This document shows positions 60,587 through 64,000 of a stretch of 64,000 bases of DNA, one piece after another. Position 1 is the first letter of the stretch. Every line of letters starts with the position of its first letter. The DNA is taken from the NCBI GenBank assembly GCA_028376655.1, contig JAONAZ010000002.1:5029-69028 (forward strand), read 5' to 3'. Source of the stretch: Acidimicrobiia bacterium. Its GTDB lineage: Bacteria; Actinomycetota; Acidimicrobiia; Actinomarinales; Actinomarinaceae. Both the position numbers and the translations under genes were made by a program. The notes under the pieces are model-generated. The model was not told the origin of the DNA. It saw only the letters and a list, made by a program, of their open reading frames with translations, and ran no database searches.

Positions 60587-61549
60587 TAAAGAGGTTATTT
60601 CTTTTAATATTTTATCTTGCTTGTTCTTCAATAAAGTAATATCTATTTCTAAATCACTAATCTTAATATTTTTTAGAGGGCTTGAATCAGGTAAATCATC
60701 CTGATTTTCAAACATGCTTATAGCTTCAATATTTTCTTCAGTCTCAGCTATTTTTTCTACAATATTTTTTAATTCATCTGTATCTGGTGCTTCTTTATTA
60801 AACAGAGGACATATTGGTTTGTAGTAGCACCAATCCTTGCAAAGCCCATTTTTAACTGCTGGGAAATTATTTTCTTTAAATGCTTTTTTAATTTCATCCC
60901 AAATCGAAAGAATTTCTATTTTAGCTTCATCTAACATCTTGTCATCAATATTTAAAGTATGGATTGTAGAATTTTTAAGGTAAATTAATTTTAGCTCTTT
61001 TGGAGTAATTCCAATTTCGTCTCTAATTAACAGTGCATAAAGTTTAAGTGCAAAAAATCTTGGTTCTTTATATTTCGCCATAGGTGCTTTTCCTGATTTA
61101 TAGTCAACGATTATTAAATTCCCATCTTTATCTTCATCCATACGATCTAAAATACCTCGCAAGTTTAGATCTTCTATTGAACCTCTTACCCATCTTTCTT
61201 GTTCGAGAGGTTCTAATTTTTGTGGGTTTTCAAGTTTTAGATAGTTATGAAGTAAATTTAAACCTTCTTGTCCCCATTCTCGTTCATCATCTAATGATTC
61301 AAATAAATTTACATGTTCATCATTTCCTCTTACGTTTGACCATGCTTTTCTAAAGAGATTATATAAAACTTCAGGTGTTCTTTCATTACTAGGTAAGTCA
61401 TATAAATCTTCTAAAGCTTGATGTACAGTTGTTCCTTTTGCCTGCACTAAGTTGGTAGGTTCTTTTATCTTATCTACATTAGAAAATTTGAATTGTTTTG
61501 GACAAGTTTTAAACTGTGATGCTCTTGATGGCGATAAGTTTTTAATCAT
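60575..61549 (-). CDS. PD-(D/E)XK nuclease, RecB/Cas4-like, with Fe-S cysteine staple
   Basis: N-terminal LSPSRASQFKTCPKQF (first Cys), IIVDYKSGK (D-x-K nuclease motif) and the C-terminal cluster CKDWCYYKPICP. An extra tail of about 75 aa is acidic and coiled. Confidence 0.75.
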   Translation of the reverse strand: MIKNLSPSRASQFKTCPKQFKFSNVDKIKEPTNLVQAKGTTVHQALEDLYDLPSNERTPEVLYNLFRKAWSNVRGNDEHVNLFESLDDEREWGQEGLNLLHNYLKLENPQKLEPLEQERWVRGSIEDLNLRGILDRMDEDKDGNLIIVDYKSGKAPMAKYKEPRFFALKLYALLIRDEIGITPKELKLIYLKNSTIHTLNIDDKMLDEAKIEILSIWDEIKKAFKENNFPAVKNGLCKDWCYYKPICPLFNKEAPDTDELKNIVEKIAETEENIEAISMFENQDDLPDSSPLKNIKISDLEIDITLLKNKQDKILKEITSLLGK

Positions 61550-61602
61550 ATATAAACTATAACTGTATTTATATTAATTTTTATGAAATGTAATCTAGAT
61601 AG

Positions 61603-61716
61603 GTGAATAAGTTTATAAAATTTTTGCAAATAATAGGAATAACTTCTTTTATTTTATACTTCATTGTCGCAATGATGTATAACTCAGCAAGTTGGTTTAA
61701 TTTCTTATTTAATTAG
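61603..61716 (+). CDS. Possible 37-aa hydrophobic micro-protein
   Basis: My own translation from GTG: VNKFIKFLQIIGITSFILYFIVAMMYNSASWFNFLFN (one TM helix). Located in an unusually long 211-nt spacer upstream of ino1. Weak SD. Confidence 0.2.
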   Translation: MNKFIKFLQIIGITSFILYFIVAMMYNSASWFNFLFN

Positions 61717-61760
61717 ACTTTAAAAAATTACATATAACTATCTTTCGCTAAAGTGATTTA

Positions 61761-62837
61761 ATGGATAACAGCAAAATTAAAATAGCGATATTAGGAATTG
61801 GAAACTGTGCGAGTTCACTTGTTCAAGGCCTAGAGTATTATAAAATTAATGATACAGAAAATGGGTTAATTTCGGACGTAATAGGTGGCTATCGAGTTTC
61901 AGATATCGAAATAGTGGCAGCATTTGATATTAACAAAAATAAAGTAGGTAAAGATTTATCTGAAGCTATTTTTACTGAGCCAAATAATACAATCAAATTT
62001 TCCGAAGTTCCTAATTTAAATGTACAAGTAAATCCCGGTAAAACATTAGATGGTATAGGAAAGTTTGTAAAAGATATAATTCATCCGGTCGAAGACTCAG
62101 ATTCTGTAGTAGAAATCCTTAATACTTCAGGCGCTGAAATTTTAGTAAATCTTCTTCCTGTAGGATCAGATGAGGCCGTTAAGTACTACGCAGAATGTGC
62201 AATTGAAGCAAAAGTTGGTTTTATAAACTGTATTCCTGTATTTATAGCTAGAGACAAAGAGTGGTATCAAAAATTTGCGGAAAATAATATTCCACTCATC
62301 GGAGATGATATTAAAAGCCAAGTAGGTGCAACCATTGTTCACCGTGCACTAGCTCAATTATTTTCCGACAGGGGATTAAATTTAAAACGATCCTACCAAC
62401 TTAACGTTGGTGGAAATATGGATTTCTTAAACATGCTTGAAGAAGATAGATTAGAAACCAAAAGGACAAGTAAAACAACTTCTGTTACTTCTGTTGCAAA
62501 TAAAGGTAAAGGTATGGAAAAGGGAACTGTGCGAATTGGCCCATCTGATTATGTTGAATGGTTAGAAGATCGTAAAAAAGCATTTATAAGACTTGAAGGT
62601 GAAGCTTTTGGTGGAGTTCCATTAAACATTGAACTTCAACTTGAAGTATGGGACTCACCTAATAGTGCTGGTGTTGTTATTGATGCAATTAGATATATGA
62701 AATTCTTTACGATGAAAGAAGACTTAAAATCTTTAGATCTTGTTTCTGCTTGGCTAATGAAGGCTCCTGCTGAGGCAGCTAAAGACACAGAAACATTAAA
62801 AAAGCTTCATGAATTAACTCATATAGATTCTAAATAG
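61761..62837 (+). CDS. ino1: myo-Inositol-1-phosphate synthase (actinobacterial/archaeal short type)
   Basis: N-terminal IAILGIGNCASSLVQGLEYY closely matches the mycobacterial Ino1 start. 358 aa. Confidence 0.9.
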   Translation: MDNSKIKIAILGIGNCASSLVQGLEYYKINDTENGLISDVIGGYRVSDIEIVAAFDINKNKVGKDLSEAIFTEPNNTIKFSEVPNLNVQVNPGKTLDGIGKFVKDIIHPVEDSDSVVEILNTSGAEILVNLLPVGSDEAVKYYAECAIEAKVGFINCIPVFIARDKEWYQKFAENNIPLIGDDIKSQVGATIVHRALAQLFSDRGLNLKRSYQLNVGGNMDFLNMLEEDRLETKRTSKTTSVTSVANKGKGMEKGTVRIGPSDYVEWLEDRKKAFIRLEGEAFGGVPLNIELQLEVWDSPNSAGVVIDAIRYMKFFTMKEDLKSLDLVSAWLMKAPAEAAKDTETLKKLHELTHIDSK

Positions 62838-64000
62838 CGTTCACAGATTTAGTAAATATTTCCATTGCTTCCTGAACTTGGGTAATAGGAGTTGTAAGCG
62901 GGCCCATAAACCTTATTACGTTTCCTTCAAGTCCACAGTTAACCAAAAGTAATCCATTGTCCTTCGAATGCTCTATTATCTGCATTGCAATATCTTTTGA
63001 TGGATTCTTTATCTTTTTATTTTCAACAATTTCAACACCTATCATAGTTCCGTATCCTCTAACATCGCCTATAAAATCTTTCTCTGTCTGAAGATTAAGA
63101 AGATTTTTTGTCATTATTTCAGAATGATTTTTGACATTTTCTAAGATATTTTCCTCGTCAAATACTTCTAATACACCTAAAGCTGCAGCACAAGACACTG
63201 GTGATGCACCAAAAGTACTTCCAATACCTGCATCGTGGATTGAGTCCATGATTTTACTTCTTCCAACAACAGCCGCCAAAGGGAATCCACCTGCGATACC
63301 TTTAGCTAATGTTGCTATATCTGGAGTTACTCCTACTTTATTAGACCCAAACATTTCTCCCGTTCTCCCAAATCCTGTTTGTACCTCATCAAAAATTAAA
63401 AGTATATTGTTTTCATGAGCTATTTTTTTGAGTTCAGCCAGAAAGTATTCAGAAGCGGGTATATAGCCACCCTCACCTAATTGTATTTCAATTAATACTG
63501 CTGCAATGTTGTCAGTACCAACATTTTTAATATGACTTATAAAATTTTCAAGAGCCTGATCATCAGTTATACCTCTATATTCGTAGGGATAATCTGTGTG
63601 AGATATGAAATCAGGAAACGGTCCAAACCCTTTTTTATAGGGATTTTCTTTACCTGTTAGACCCATCGCCATATAAGTTCTACCGTGAAAACCACCTTTA
63701 AATGCAACAATATGCTGTTTCCCTGAATAGTACCTAGCTATTTTAATAGCATTTTCCACAGCTTCAGCACCGCTATTAACTAAAAATGTTTTTGTTTCAG
63801 TGTCTATAGGATATCTTTTGTTAACTTCTGTACATAGATCTATTGCATTCTGATGCGGGGCATAAGCAAAACAAGAATGAGTAAAATTATCAAGTTGGGT
63901 TTTCACTTTAGCAATAACTTTTGGATGAACGTGACCAGTATTCAATACAGCATAACCTCCCACATAATCTAGAAATCTATTACCATCTTTATCCCAAATT
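62830..64000 (-). CDS. gabT: 4-aminobutyrate aminotransferase (class III PLP), N-terminus outside the window
   Basis: Colinear with E. coli GabT as recalled (AVLNTGH.HPKV, GSEAVENA.KIAR, FHGRT, DEVQTGFGRTG, TLAKGIAGGFPLA). The frame stays open to base 64000. Confidence 0.88.
   Translation of the reverse strand, partial: IWDKDGNRFLDYVGGYAVLNTGHVHPKVIAKVKTQLDNFTHSCFAYAPHQNAIDLCTEVNKRYPIDTETKTFLVNSGAEAVENAIKIARYYSGKQHIVAFKGGFHGRTYMAMGLTGKENPYKKGFGPFPDFISHTDYPYEYRGITDDQALENFISHIKNVGTDNIAAVLIEIQLGEGGYIPASEYFLAELKKIAHENNILLIFDEVQTGFGRTGEMFGSNKVGVTPDIATLAKGIAGGFPLAAVVGRSKIMDSIHDAGIGSTFGASPVSCAAALGVLEVFDEENILENVKNHSEIMTKNLLNLQTEKDFIGDVRGYGTMIGVEIVENKKIKNPSKDIAMQIIEHSKDNGLLLVNCGLEGNVIRFMGPLTTPITQVQEAMEIFTKSVNAI

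Noticed and set aside
58122-61549. Prophage or mobile island interpretation of the SSAP/nuclease region
   Set aside because: No integrase, transposase, flanking direct repeats, tRNA junction or phage structural genes are visible. The genes share stop-overlaps with core genes (dtd, gdhA).

Overview
Visibly AT-rich (about one-third GC by eye), extremely gene-dense chromosomal segment. I count about 70 protein-coding genes, three tRNAs, and no rRNA, CRISPR array, transposase, integrase or obvious prophage structural genes. The gene order iscS-mnmA-ligA ... dapD-dapE-gatCAB-ilvE-gltX matches actinobacterial synteny. Together with Ni-SOD/SodX, an Ino1-type inositol-phosphate synthase, F420-style genes (CofC/FbiD-like, PPOX-class), a MurA with Asp in place of the fosfomycin-target Cys, and a GlnR-type box upstream of amt, this suggests a genome-streamlined marine actinobacterium (Candidatus Actinomarinales-like). 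That placement is inference, not proven. Content falls into these groups: nitrogen assimilation (amt, gltB, gdhA, gabT, aspC, ilvE); translation (metG, gltX, gatCAB, tRNA-Glu/Gln/Glu, dtd, ychF, mnmA); envelope (murA, dapDE, pgpA, ino1); Fe-S assembly (cysteine desulfurase plus three Nfu-type proteins); a K+/cation module (RCK-USP regulator plus CPA2 antiporter); tatA plus a small cytochrome c; and a roughly 13-kb fatty-acid/hydroxy-acid beta-oxidation neighbourhood. Items most worth a second look: (1) a Rad52/Sak-type single-strand-annealing protein in a tight 3-gene cassette with two unknown partners, one gene away from a Cas4/AddB-like Fe-S nuclease; (2) a split ACAD10/11-like kinase plus acyl-CoA dehydrogenase divergent operon; (3) all 13 CDS-CDS convergent junctions lack an intergenic spacer (12 overlap, 7 of them by a shared 4-nt stop/stop tetranucleotide; 1 abuts), so none has room for a terminator; (4) gltB interrupted by a frameshift in an A7 run; (5) a four-half-site GlnR-like box and an unusual nested hairpin flanking amt; (6) an aldehyde dehydrogenase paralog lacking its catalytic domain. 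I found no compelling complete novel system. All functional calls rest on motif and similarity recognition by eye and need HMM or BLAST confirmation.
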